A stretch of 64,000 bases of DNA, taken from positions 881,991 to 945,990 of the forward strand of contig NW_003314315.1 of the NCBI RefSeq assembly GCF_000143415.4. The letters run 5' to 3'. A program made the translations under genes and the position numbers. Shown piece after piece: positions 9,898 to 21,126 of the stretch. The stretch's first letter is position 1; the number at the start of each line of letters is the position of its first letter. Under the pieces are notes generated by a model, which saw only the letters and a list, made by a program, of their open reading frames with translations, did not search any database and was not told the origin of the DNA. The DNA comes from Selaginella moellendorffii (lineage: Eukaryota > Plantae > Lycopodiophyta).

Positions 9898-11577
9898 ATG
9901 GGAGCAGGAAGAGCGACGCTGCGTATCGCCAGGGCCGCGAGGTAAGGCACCGATCACTGGTATGAGAATGTAACTCGCTCACTTGCTCCTCCAGATTTCT
10001 TCTCAGGCCGGCGGCGAGCACGGCTATCGCTCGACCAAGAGCGGCATTCTCGTTTCTTGGCGAAAGGAATGTGGAGACAGTAGCCAGGGGTTGGATGAGC
10101 TCTGGATTCTATCTCCAGCAGCAGCGGCATTACACCGACGATGTGGAGTTCCAGGATGCTGGGGACGATCTCGTGGTTTACGATCCAAGGGCGTCGCGGA
10201 GGGCGCAAGGAAGCGGTGACGCTCTTGAGGACCTGTGGGCAAAAGTGGATTACTCACAGGATGCAGTGTTGGGGATCAAGCAGTGGGAGAGATCCGGCAA
10301 CAAGCTCACGAGATCGATGCTCGCTATGCTTCTTCAAAGAATGAGGTGCCGACGAATGCACACCAAGTCCGTCCAGGTGAGAGCTCTCAAGTTACTTGTT
10401 CTTCTTCTCGCTCAAGAGTGATCGATCGTTTTTTTCTTGTGGATAGATTCTTTCATGGCTCGTCGAGAAAAAACCCATCGAGGTGACCGAAGGAGACTAC
10501 GAGCAGCTGGTCACCTTGGCTTGCCGCGACTCGGACTATGAAACCGCAGAGAGGTATTTCTATAGTCTCCCGAGTCACTTGAGCAAGTGGCCAGCGTTTT
10601 CGGCGCTCGTCGCCGGCTACGCATCCAGGAACTTGATGGCAAAGGCCGAGAACTTGATGAGAACGGGGACCTCGCCTCTGCCGCAGCCATACTCGGCGAT
10701 GATTCTCATGTACATCCGGAGGGCCGAGTACCAGAAGATCGTCAAGATCTACAAGAGTATGAAGGCGGACGGGATAGAGCCCAACGTGATAACTTACACG
10801 GTGCTGCTGAAGTTCAAGGACAGGATCGGCCCGATCAAAGGACTGGAACAAGACGTTGAGGACGCGCTGGGAAAGATCAAGCTCAGTGAGATGTGCGCTG
10901 CGAAGAGGCCAGCGATTGCCGGGAACATGATGCACTGCTACGCGATGCTTGGGAAGCTGGACAAAGTGGAAGAAGTGTGGCAGCAAATGGACCAAGAGCG
11001 TCGGCTCCCAGAAGGTTTTTTCGTCATGGCAATTGAGTCTCTCGCGCTACTGGGACAAGTGACCAAAGCTGAGAAGGTTGCACAGATGAAACCAACCGCG
11101 AACGTCCAGGCTCGGCTCTTACAGGCACTGGCTCGTCACTTCGCCAAGCAAGGAAACATGAAGAGAGTGGAGGAAATGCTGGGTCGTGCCGACAGATATG
11201 AGCTGACACCATCTTTCGGGATTTACAACTATCTCGTCACCGGGTACTTGGCCAGGAAGGACCCCCAGACTGCGGCCTCGAGGATGAGATTGGCGTTGAA
11301 AGTGGTGACCGAAGAGCGAGCAGTGCCATCTTATGCCGCTGTCACGGGATTGCTTCCATATCTAGCAGCGGAGAAAGACGTGACGACTGCCGAGCAAATG
11401 GTGCGGAGGTATAGAGGCTGGACGGATGACAACTTCCACAAGCTGCTGCTTAATGTCTACGTAGAAGCTGGGAAAGGACCGTCTCCGGACATAAAGTCGA
11501 GGTTCAGGCGCCTTCCCTGCGTTGGTCACGTTGAAGCCAGGCGGCTGGCTATCAGGGCCTTCGCGTTAGAACCATAG
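9898..11577 (+). CDS. P-class PPR protein, probably mitochondrial (3 exons; introns 9942-9994, 10377-10446)
   Basis: The spliced N-terminus MGAGRATLRIARAARFLLRPAAST is presequence-like. ...HTKSVQ|ILSWLVEKK junction. PPR repeats (YKSMKADGIEPNVITYTVLL). Confidence 0.85.
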
Positions 11578-12524
11578 CCATTGCTGCGGTGACACTACGA
11601 CTACTGGTAACTATACCCATCTCTCTTTTGCCGGCTGGTCCTGACTCTTTTGTTCAAATCCAGGAGTACTTTTCTTCTCTTCGCGACGTCAAACGGACCT
11701 CCTCGTAGCTGCGGTTATGCAAGTTCTTATTGAGACGAATGGCCGAGGTCTACAAAACCGAGCAAACCAGCTTGGCTTGGCTGAAGTGATCATCATACAA
11801 GCGGCTGCCGATAAGATTTCAAGGAGAAGAGAGCTGTACAGGGAGCTAGAGCTGGCCCGTCCCGAGTGGACGTCTGGATCTGTCCCCCGAGGCCCACGCA
11901 CGGTAGTCCTTTTCAAGCTGCAAGGCATCAAACACAGTTTTACGAAGATGAGAGAATCTGGACAGCACCTGGCTCAAAAATCGAGGAAGCATGACGCGCA
12001 GGACTTGGCCGAGCACTTGGTTCCCGGTCGATTCTATCGCTTGGACTGGAATAGCTCGAAAGGCAAAAGGCACCTCTATCGTCACCTGCGAGGATATATC
12101 ATCAAGCCGGGACTTGCAGCGAGCAACTTTACCTCGATGGTTGCATCCGAGATGAGCTTCCGGGTCTTCGGTGATCTGCCGCTGTTCTTCCACGACACTC
12201 TATTCTCCATGGACGCTGGAGCACAGCCGAGAGTTACTGACAGGGCCGGGAAGAAATAACGAAGATGCTACCATCATACCTGAGAACTTTTGGTTCTGCG
12301 CGACTACTATCGGAGAACCTTCGAGCTGATGAGGATCGGGGTGTTTAGAATTCGACCGTGGGGAGCAGCAGAGAGTCTACTTACAGTGCATGACAAGAGC
12401 TTGATGATGCAACCATCGGGCTGTTCTTCGACGGTGACAACGAGCACCGGACAAACTTCGAAGGCGAAGAACTTGAGCTTGTGGACGTAGCACTTGAAGG
12501 TATTGTCGTCCACTCTCTCGATAC
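10958..12524 (+). repeat. Segmental duplication copy 1 (copy 2 at 15323-16866)
   Basis: Near-identical sequence. The offset changes from 4365 to 4342 because copy 2 has a 23-bp deletion. Confidence 0.95.
11846..12524 (-). pseudogene. 5'-truncated duplicate of the DUF1997 gene
   Basis: Carries the same 3' exons as 16188-16866. Homology stops at 12524, so exon 1 and the start of exon 2 are missing. Confidence 0.88.
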
Positions 12525-15322
12525 TCATTCCTTTGAGCTCCTCTCGAAGAAATCGGTGCTGCAAGTGTGATCCTGGGTTCGAGAAGAGCGATCTGGAGGC
12601 TGACCTCCTGGAGAACTATTTCGCGGGCAAAGCCTTCCTGATTTCCAAGAACGATGAGAAGCCCGTCGATAATGTGGCCCTGTCAGGCTTCACGCCTTCC
12701 AGATCAGACCTGGGACGCTTCCCCCTCGCGATCCTTCCAGCGCCGTGACGAGCATCGTCCAGATTTTGTTGGAACTCGACCATCGCGGCGCAGGGCATCG
12801 GATGATGCGCCGCGCGCCACGACTGGATCCAATCCCTCGCGCTGGAGAAACACTTCGCATTAGTTAGTAACGAAGATCTGACGGCTGCGGATGTTCCTGA
12901 TTGTATCCGGTGTAATAAATTGCCATCTGAAATAGACATGACCTAGGGTTACAACAGGATGGAGGAGATGGGGGAGATGGGGGAGACGGCGATGTATGCG
13001 CGTACGACGAAGATCTCTCCTGGATGTGCGATCATGTTATGTAATTGGCGTCCTGTGATTCCGGCGGTCATAAATCACAACAGCGGTTTGGAAGGTTTCG
13101 ATTCAGGTATTAAATCGTGGATTCTCTTGGATCCTGGCCAGAGGCGTCTTCGTCATTATACCATCACAGGAGGAGGAGAAAAGAGGGCAAGAGAGGAGGC
13201 AGAAAAGAGTGAGGCTGGTGGAAAGAGGCCAAGAATCAAGGTGCCAGCGGCAGGCAAGGCTCCAAGAATTGAGGTGGCAGTAGAAAAGAGTGTCGAGGCA
13301 CTAGCATCGGCAAGCAAGACTCTTGACGAGTAGGTGTTGTTGCTTTCAGATGGCTCTTTGCATCTATCAGGTGGGATAGTGGATAGAAAAGCATCTGTGA
13401 TGTAACTGATGGATGCGAAGCAGTATATGTGGGACACTCTCCAGGGTCTTACCAAGCAACAGCTGCCATGTCACTTCATAGCACAGCAGGAGGCCGAAGG
13501 AGAGTTCTAAAGCCTCGTTATTCATCTGAATTCACTGCAAAAACAAGTGAATGAGATTCAACCTTGTCTCCAAGTGCTAGAGGATTGGATAGGATATTCG
13601 AAGCCTGAACTCTACGAGGTACTGGGGATCAATCGGTTCACTGCAGCTGCTGAGATTTTGGATGTTGCGGCAAGCTTCCTTTCTTACTTCACAAGGGAAG
13701 CCATACAGAAGTAGGGAGTTCTTGACGAGCTGGTGGACTACGGGCCTACAAGGCCTAGGAAGTTGAAGCCATACAACTCCTATGACAAATCTGCCATAAC
13801 TTACAGAAGCTTGTGGTGGTTTGTTTTTAACAAGGAGGCGAGTGGGAAATCTCTAAGTGAGGTATGGCATAATTTTGAGATTCAGGGATAAGTACTTCCC
13901 CCTGATTGGGATCGGAAGCGAAGTTCAACACGCAAGGAAGGTATGCATGTCATCTATAAATAGGTTATTCAAGCCGTTGAGGAGGAGTTGGTCAAAGACA
14001 TAAGTTTTTGCCAACAGTAATGCGACATCAGGAAATGTATGGGGTTTTACTTGTCGTGCATCAATAGGAAGTCTATTCAAGAGTGTCCAGGATCCCCATT
14101 GTGTGCACTCCAACGTTCTGCCTCGGCTTGATGCATGACAAGTAAAACCCTATACATTTCCTGATGTCGCACTACTGTTAGCAGGAACTCATGTTTTTGA
14201 CCAGCTCCTCCTTAACAGCTTGGATAACCCGTTTACAGATGACATGCATACCTTCCTTGCATGCTGAACTTCACTTCCGATCCCAATCAGGGGGAAGTAC
14301 CTGTCTCTGAATCTCAAAATCATGCCATACCTCACTTAGAGATTTCCCGTTCGCCTCCTTGTTGAAAATAAACCACCACAAACTTTTGTAAGTTATGGCA
14401 GGTTTGTCATAGGAGCTGTATGGCTTCAACTTCCTAAGTCCTGTAGGCCCGTAGTCCACCAGCTCGTCAAGAATTCTTTGCTTCTATATAGCTTCCTTTG
14501 TGAAGTAAGAAAGGAAGCTTGCCGCAACGTTCAAAATCTCAACAGCTGCAGTGAACTGATTGATCCCTAATACCTCGTAGAGTCTAGGCTTCAAATATCT
14601 TATCCAATCCTCTAGCACTTGGAGACGAGGTTGAATCTCATTTAGCACTTGGAGATGAGGTTAAATCTCATTCACCTATTTTTGCAGTGAATCCAGGCGA
14701 ATAACAAAGCTTTGGAACTCCTCCGGCCTCTTGCTGTGCTATGAAGTGACCTGGCAGCTGTTACTTGGTAAGACCCTGGAGAGTGTCCCACATATACTAC
14801 TTCGCATCCATCAGTTGCATCACATATGCTTTCTTATCCACTATCTGAGGTGGAACACTAGAGTGCACACAATGAGGATCCTGGACACTCTTGAATGGGC
14901 TTCCTCTTCCTCGACTACTGCAACCTTCTCAGTGGATAGGTCGGACATACAGTTGAAGAAGATGGAGATGTCAGAGCTCCAGCATAAGATTCATGTCTTG
15001 TTCGATATTCATGGTCATGCTCACACTATTCCGGAGTTCAAGTATATCGCTAACACTTTCTACCCTCTGCTTAACTGGTACGCAATGAAGCTGGGGATCA
15101 AAGTGTTTGAGATCTACAGCAGGAACAAGTTGGTGGATGAAGATGCAAGTGTCACTTATGAGTTTGTGGAGGGGAAGTGGATGAGAGATGGCCTTCAAGA
15201 TTAGCATTGGTCTCTCCTATCTTGGTACAGCATGTGGGAGTGAGCGATAGACTGTGTTGACTGAAAGTAAGTACTTGATTCTTGAACGAACGTCTGTTGT
15301 TCTGACGAGTTTTTTGTGTTGT
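12525..15322. mobile_element. 2.8 kb insert of degenerate coding-like, probably repeat-derived DNA between the duplicated segments
   Basis: Unrelated to the flanks, with stop-riddled ORF remnants. No TIR, LTR or transposase was recognised. Confidence 0.35.
13375..14905. repeat. Long inverted repeat: arms 13375-14064 and 14128-14845; loop 14065-14127 is itself inverted at 14846-14905
   Basis: For example, GGATGCGAAGCAGTATATGTGGGACACTCTCCAGGGTCTTACCAAG pairs with CTTGGTAAGACCCTGGAGAGTGTCCCACATATACTACTTCGCATCC. Colinear along the whole arm. Confidence 0.95.
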
Positions 15323-15919
15323 TGGACAAAGTGGAAGAAGTGTGGCAGCAAATGGACCAAGAGCTTCGGCTCCCAGAAGGTTTCTTCGTCATGACAATTG
15401 AGTCTCTCGCGCTACTGGGACAAGTGACCAAAGCTGACCGCAAACGTCCAGGCTCGGCTCTTACAAGCACTGGCTCGTCACTTCGCCAAGCAAGGAAACA
15501 TGAAGAGAGTGGAGGAAATGCTGGGCCTTGCCGATAGATACGAGCTGACACCATCTTTCGGGATTTACAACTATCTCGTCACTGGGTACTTGGCCAGGAA
15601 GGACCCCCAGACGGCGGCCTCGAGGATGAGATTGGCGTTGAAAGTGGTGACCGAAGAGCGAGCAGTGCCATCTTATGCCGCTGTCACGGGATTGCTTCCA
15701 TATCTAGCAGTGGAGAAAGACGTGACGACTGCCGAGCAAATGGTGCGGAGGTATAGAGGCTGGACGGATGACAACTTCCACAAGCTGCTGCTTAATGTCT
15801 ACGTAGAAGCTGGGAAAGGACCGTCTCCGGACATAAAGTCGAGGTTCAGGCGCCTTCCCTGCGTTGGTCACGTTGAAGCCAGGCGGCTGGCTATCAAGGC
15901 CTTCGCGTTAGATCCATAG
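15323..15919 (+). pseudogene. 3' fragment duplicate of PPR gene 9898-11577, frameshifted
   Basis: Begins mid-exon (LDKVEEVWQQ) and has a 23-bp deletion near 15437. Confidence 0.9.
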
Positions 15920-16187
15920 CGATTGCTGCGGTGACACTACGACTACTGGTAACTATACCCGTCTCTCTTTTGCCGGCTGGTCCTGACTCTTTTGTTCAAA
16001 TCCAGGAGTACTTTTCTTCTCTTCGCGACGTCAAACGGACCTCCTCGTAGCTGCGGTTATGCAAGTTCTTATTGAGACGAATGGCCGAGGTCTACAAAAC
16101 CGAGCAAACCAGCTTGGCTTGGCTGAAGTGATCATCATACAAGCGGCTGCCGATAAGATTTCAAGGAGAAGAGAGCTGTACAGGGAG

Positions 16188-17255
16188 CTAGAGCTGGCCC
16201 GTCCCGAGTGGACGTCTGGATCTGTCCCCCGAGGCCCACGCACGGTAGTCCTTTTCAAGCTGCAAGGCATCAAACACAGTTTTACGAAGATGAGAGAATC
16301 TGGACAGCACCTGGCTCAAAAATCGAGGAAGCATGACGCGCAGGACTTGGCCGAGCACTTGGTTCCCGGTCGATTCTATAGCTTGGACTGGAATAGCTCG
16401 AAAGGCAAAAGGCACCTCTATCGTCACCTGCGAGGATATATCATCAAGCCGGGACTTGCAGCGAGCAACTTTACCTCGATGGTTGCATCCGAGATGAGCT
16501 TCCGGGACTTCGGTGATCTGCCGCTGTTCTTCCACGACACTCTATTCTCCATGGACGCTGGAGCACAGCAGCCAGTTACTGACAGGGCCGGGGAGAAAGA
16601 ACGAAGATGCTACCATCATACCTGAGAACTTTTGGTTCTGCGCGACTACTATTGGAGAACCTTCGAGCTGATGAGGATCGGGGTGTTTAGAATTCGACCG
16701 TGGGGAGCAGCAGAGAGTCTACTTACAGTGCATGACAAGAGCTTGATGATGCAACCATCGGGCTGTTCTTCGACGGTGACAACGAGCACCGGACAAACTT
16801 CGAAGGCGAAGAACTTGAGCTTGTGGACGTAGCACTTGAAGGTATTGTCGTCCACTCTCTCGATACGCTGCGCATCTAACACCGAGTACTGGCTTGCAGG
16901 AAGACTCATATACTCGGCTGGGAAGAACGAAGAACAAGAAGGAAAAAAAGATGAGAGGCTTGCCAGGCATGGACATTCTTCGCCGAGTACCTAGAGGGCG
17001 ATGGGTCTCCTCGAGAAGGTAACTCTCGCTCGCTCGCCCGACTAACCTTGCCCGTGGCTCTGATCTCCCGAGATCGCCAGGGACGTCGACCGCTGCCGCG
17101 ATTCTCCCGTGCTGCCGCTGCCGCTTCCTCCTCCGCGATGCAAAGCTTGGAGGACCCAGCTTGAGCGCTTCCAATCCAGGCTTTTCGGGAGAAGACAAGG
17201 CAATGTGATGGTGGCTCCGAGACTCCAGGGAGGAGAAGAGGCTCCAGCACGCCAT
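16188..17255 (-). CDS. DUF1997 family protein, probably plastid-targeted (about 6 exons)
   Basis: EYMSLPASQYSVLDAQRIERVDDNTFKCYV, LEGSPIVVAQNQKF, IEVPFAFRAIPVQAIESTG and DYRAWASGDRSRRPLGTGQL*, separated by short GT-AG introns. Confidence 0.82.
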
Positions 17256-17670
17256 GCCCTTCGTGGATTTGCTGGAGAGTTCGATACCTCTGAGAGTTTT
17301 AATGGTAAAAAGTTAAAAGTTAAAAAGTAGAAAGGTTTAGGATGAATGTTTACCTTTTAGCAAAATAGAATTGTCCCTGGAATATTCTTGACGAAAACTG
17401 GGCTTATAAACCCTAAAATATATTTGCGCGATGATGGAAGAGCTCCAATCGTGGCTGCGAATTCACATCGCCGTCCACGACCTTTGCGGCTTGCGCGGCT
17501 TCGATCTTAGGGTTTTTGAGAGGCAAGGAGTTCCAGCAGCGATCTTCTCTCGTCAGCGCCTTCATCCGCGGCTATCCACAGCGATCTAGGACGATCAACA
17601 AAATGTAGGTGCGAACTAGCAATCTAGGATGATCCACAGGAGGATGGAGGCAAGGTCGTGGATTCTGGCG

Positions 17671-19200
17671 CTAGTAGACGTGAGAATCTAGCCTTGGACG
17701 GGGAATCGCCACCAGAGGTTGAGTCTTTTGGCACACCAATCCAAAAGTCTCAGCCATATCCAGCTTTGCAGGATCTTGGTCGAGCTCCCAGTCAAATCCT
17801 TGGACAAGCGTCGCCACTCCAATCCGGACAGTATCAAGGCCGAGCTTGGCGCCGGGGCAGACTCTCCTCCCAGTTCCAAATGGAACGAAGTGGAAGTTTT
17901 GGCCAAACACGTCGATGTCCTGCTCGATGAATCGCTGTGGCCGGAACTCCAGAGGCTCTTTCCAGAACTTCTCGTCCATCCCGATCGCGTAGCTGCTCAG
18001 GTAGACCAAGGCCCCGGCTGGGATCGTGAAGCCACCGAGCTTGATCGGCCCTCCTTCGACGAGCTTGGGATTGATGAGCGGCGTCACTTGGTGCAGCCTC
18101 AGTGTCTCCTTGGCTATGGCCTCCACGTATCGAAGCTTGGGCAGGTCCGAGTCCTCCACAAGCCTTTGCGACCCGACAACGTCGTCGATCTCGCGTCGAG
18201 CTCTCGAGAGCTCGGCTGGATGGCGGAGAAGTTCCGCCATGGCCCATTCTACCGAGAGAGCCGAGCTATCAACTGCGCCAAGCAAGATATCCTGCGTGAT
18301 CTAGCGTCAGGGAGGAGAAATCCAAGAGGAGGAGAACACTTACGAGCAAAAGCGTGATCTTGGTCGTGTCCGAGAGCTCGTCCATGGAGATGAGCACGTC
18401 GATGAACGCCATGGGCTCCTCGTCGGTGGTGACAACCCGAGGATTCTCTCGCCGGTCTCGCAAGATGGAGAAGAGGTGGCGATTCAGCTTGTCCGTGAGC
18501 TGCTTGTACTGCTTCTCCAGGCCCTGGACGTCCAGCCACCGTAGCCAGGGGATGTAATCGCTCACGTTGAAGATCCCGACCAACCTTATTGTCTCGACGA
18601 TGGCTCGCACGAATTCCTGGCTGGATCCACAGAAGGAGCGCTCGCCGAAGAGCCTGTAAGCTATGATGCTTATGTTGAAGTCGTGGAACTTTTCGCGCAG
18701 GAGCACCGGATTTCCCTGCTCGTTGCGGATGGATCGAGCGAGGCGGCCCGGCGAATCCCATCGCAGATCCTCAGCCGCGCCGGCGATAGCAAGTGAGTGT
18801 TGATGAGTTTCCTGTAGAGCTTCACCTGTGGAGTGTAGGAACTGAAGATTATGCCGCTGGAATCGTTGCCAAAGTACTTGCTACAGATCAGCGAAGGTTT
18901 CGACGAACACTGGAGGCTGTGGAGCTTGAATATCTCGCTGGCTGCTCGCGCGGAGCTGATGATCACGGCGGAGACCCTGCCGAGCTTCGGGTGCATGACG
19001 TCGCCGTGCTTGCGAGAGAGCTTTTGAAGGGAGATGTGAGGGAGCGAGCCGAGCCTGTGGAGGCTGCCAATGACGGGGAGATTGAAGGGGCCGGGAGGGA
19101 GACGATCTCCATCGCGTCTTCTTCCTCTTCTAGAGCCAGCGAAGTACAAGAGGGGCATCAAAGCGACCAGCATCAAGGCACACAAAGTTGCAAGATCCAT
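17671..19200 (-). pseudogene. Cytochrome P450, CYP71 clan, with a frameshift near 18745 (intron 18292-18343)
   Basis: N-terminal anchor plus LPPGP, ETLR, PQRF and FGTGRRVCPG heme motif. The frame changes between ...DGIRR and RLARSIRNEQG. Confidence 0.8.
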
Positions 19201-19376
19201 AGCTTGGAAGAACACAAATTTTTGGTGAATCTGGAAGAACACACTCTAGCTTAAACTGTCCAGAGTGATAGATTTCTCACTGGCTTTGCATCATTGGAAA
19301 GTACTGTTTCCTACCACACGGTATCAAAAAAAATCTAGAGCTTTGACTAGAGCAGTCAACTCTAGTCCAATAGTGG

Positions 19377-21047
19377 TCAACGTAAGTTATCGCACGGTCT
19401 GGATGATTTTCGCAGCTCCCAAGATCGTGAAAACTTGCTGTGGAACACCCAGCTAACACTCGAGAACAAGTGTACGTAAGCTCCAGCATCCTTGGAGCTG
19501 CGCAGCTCAAACAGCTTCTCGATCGCGAGCGATGCCAGATCCCTGTTCTTGTGAGCCTTGCAAGCAGCGGCCGCCAAGCACGTCCACTCCATCGCGTCTG
19601 GCTCGAAAGGCATGCTCTCGATCAGCTCCGCGGCATCGCCCAGGAACCCGGCTCGAGCGATGAGATCGACCAAGCAGCAGTAGTGGAACTTGGTAGCATC
19701 CAGACCGTGGTCGACTCGCATCGAACGAAACAGGGATCGGCCAGTGTAAGCGTCTCCACCATAGCTGCAAGCCACCAGGACACTGACGAAGCTCGTCTCA
19801 TCGGGAGAGCACTGCCAGCAGCACCTCATCCATCCAAAACTCTCGAGTGCTCGATCGGGATGCCCGTTCTGGGCGTAGGAAGCGAGCACAACGTTCCACG
19901 AGACCAAGTCGTGCTCTTCGGCCGTGTCAAACAGGCTCCTCACTCGCTGGAGATGCCCGTTCTTGGCATAAGCGACGAGCATAGAGTTCCAAGACACCAT
20001 GTTTCTCTCTGGCATCGTTTCAAAAACCTGTCTTGCTTCGTCAACGTAGCCGTCGAGAGCGTAAGCGCAGAGAATCGCTGTCCAGGAGACGAGATCCTTC
20101 CTCTCCATCCCATCAAAGAACTCTTTTGCGAGCTCCAACCTTCCGTGACGAACATACGCGGAGAGAAGAACGTTCCAGGAGAACAGATCCCACTCTGGAA
20201 ACCAATCCAACAAGATCCTTGCCTGCTCGAGATCTCCCTTGGAAGCATAGGCCGAGAGCAGCGACGTCCAGGAAACGATGTTAGTCTCTTCCATCTCATC
20301 GAAGACGGTTCTCGCGTCGTTGAGTCGGCCGTGCCGGACGTAGCCCGATAGCATCGTCGAGCACGAAACGATATCTCTCTCCGGAACACCGTGAAACAGC
20401 TTCTCTGCTTCTTCCAGATGATCGTTCTCGGTGTTTGCAGCGAGCATCGCCGACCAGGAAACTAAATCCCGCTCCGGCATCTGGATGAAGCAAGCTCTAG
20501 CTTCGTCGATGCAGTTCTTCTTCGCGTAAGTCACCACCATGCTCGTCCAGGAAATCAAGTTCCTCTCTGGCATTGAATCGAAGATGTTCTTGGCCTCGCC
20601 GACAAGTCCTCGCTGAGCATAAGCCGCGAGAAGGGCGTTCCAGGAAACCATGTTTCTCTCTTGCATGGAATCAAACACTTGCTTTGCTTCGTCCAGATGC
20701 CCGTTGCGAGAATAAGCTGTGAGCATTGCCGTCCAGGCATACAAGTCCCACTGTTCCATGGCGTCAAAGATCTGCTTCGCTTGTAGCAGCTGCCCCGTCT
20801 GGGCATAAGTCGACAGCATCACCACCCAAGAGCAAACGTCCTTGCAAGTGATCGTTTGGAAGAACTCCCAGGCTTCTTCAAGGCTGCCGAGCTTGGCATA
20901 TTTCTGGAGGAGCTTGTTCGAAAGGTGCGTGTCACTGCTTAGAAGGTGGCGTAATCGAGAGCGAACCTGGCGTGTCATCGAAAGGCTTGTGCACGAATCT
21001 ATCAACGCGACGGGATTGATCAACGCCAACTTGGCAGCGTTCATCAT
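19377..21047 (-). CDS. PLS-class PPR protein with E-type C-terminus, no DYW
   Basis: Single exon with many 31-aa repeats (FDSMPERNLISWT), HYCCLVDLIARAG and MPFEPDAMEW. Confidence 0.9.
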   Translation of the reverse strand: MMNAAKLALINPVALIDSCTSLSMTRQVRSRLRHLLSSDTHLSNKLLQKYAKLGSLEEAWEFFQTITCKDVCSWVVMLSTYAQTGQLLQAKQIFDAMEQWDLYAWTAMLTAYSRNGHLDEAKQVFDSMQERNMVSWNALLAAYAQRGLVGEAKNIFDSMPERNLISWTSMVVTYAKKNCIDEARACFIQMPERDLVSWSAMLAANTENDHLEEAEKLFHGVPERDIVSCSTMLSGYVRHGRLNDARTVFDEMEETNIVSWTSLLSAYASKGDLEQARILLDWFPEWDLFSWNVLLSAYVRHGRLELAKEFFDGMERKDLVSWTAILCAYALDGYVDEARQVFETMPERNMVSWNSMLVAYAKNGHLQRVRSLFDTAEEHDLVSWNVVLASYAQNGHPDRALESFGWMRCCWQCSPDETSFVSVLVACSYGGDAYTGRSLFRSMRVDHGLDATKFHYCCLVDLIARAGFLGDAAELIESMPFEPDAMEWTCLAAAACKAHKNRDLASLAIEKLFELRSSKDAGAYVHLFSSVSWVFHSKFSRSWELRKSSRPCDNLR

Positions 21048-21126
21048 CTTCCTGAGAAATAAAAATCAAAATCGTCAGTAAACCATGAGAAGTTTGCTAG
21101 TAAAGAACTCGAACCTTTACGAGTCT

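Noticed and set aside
11717-12259. 180-aa + strand ORF and its copy at 16059-16625
   Set aside because: Antisense shadow of DUF1997 exons and introns. It appears conserved only because of the recent duplication.
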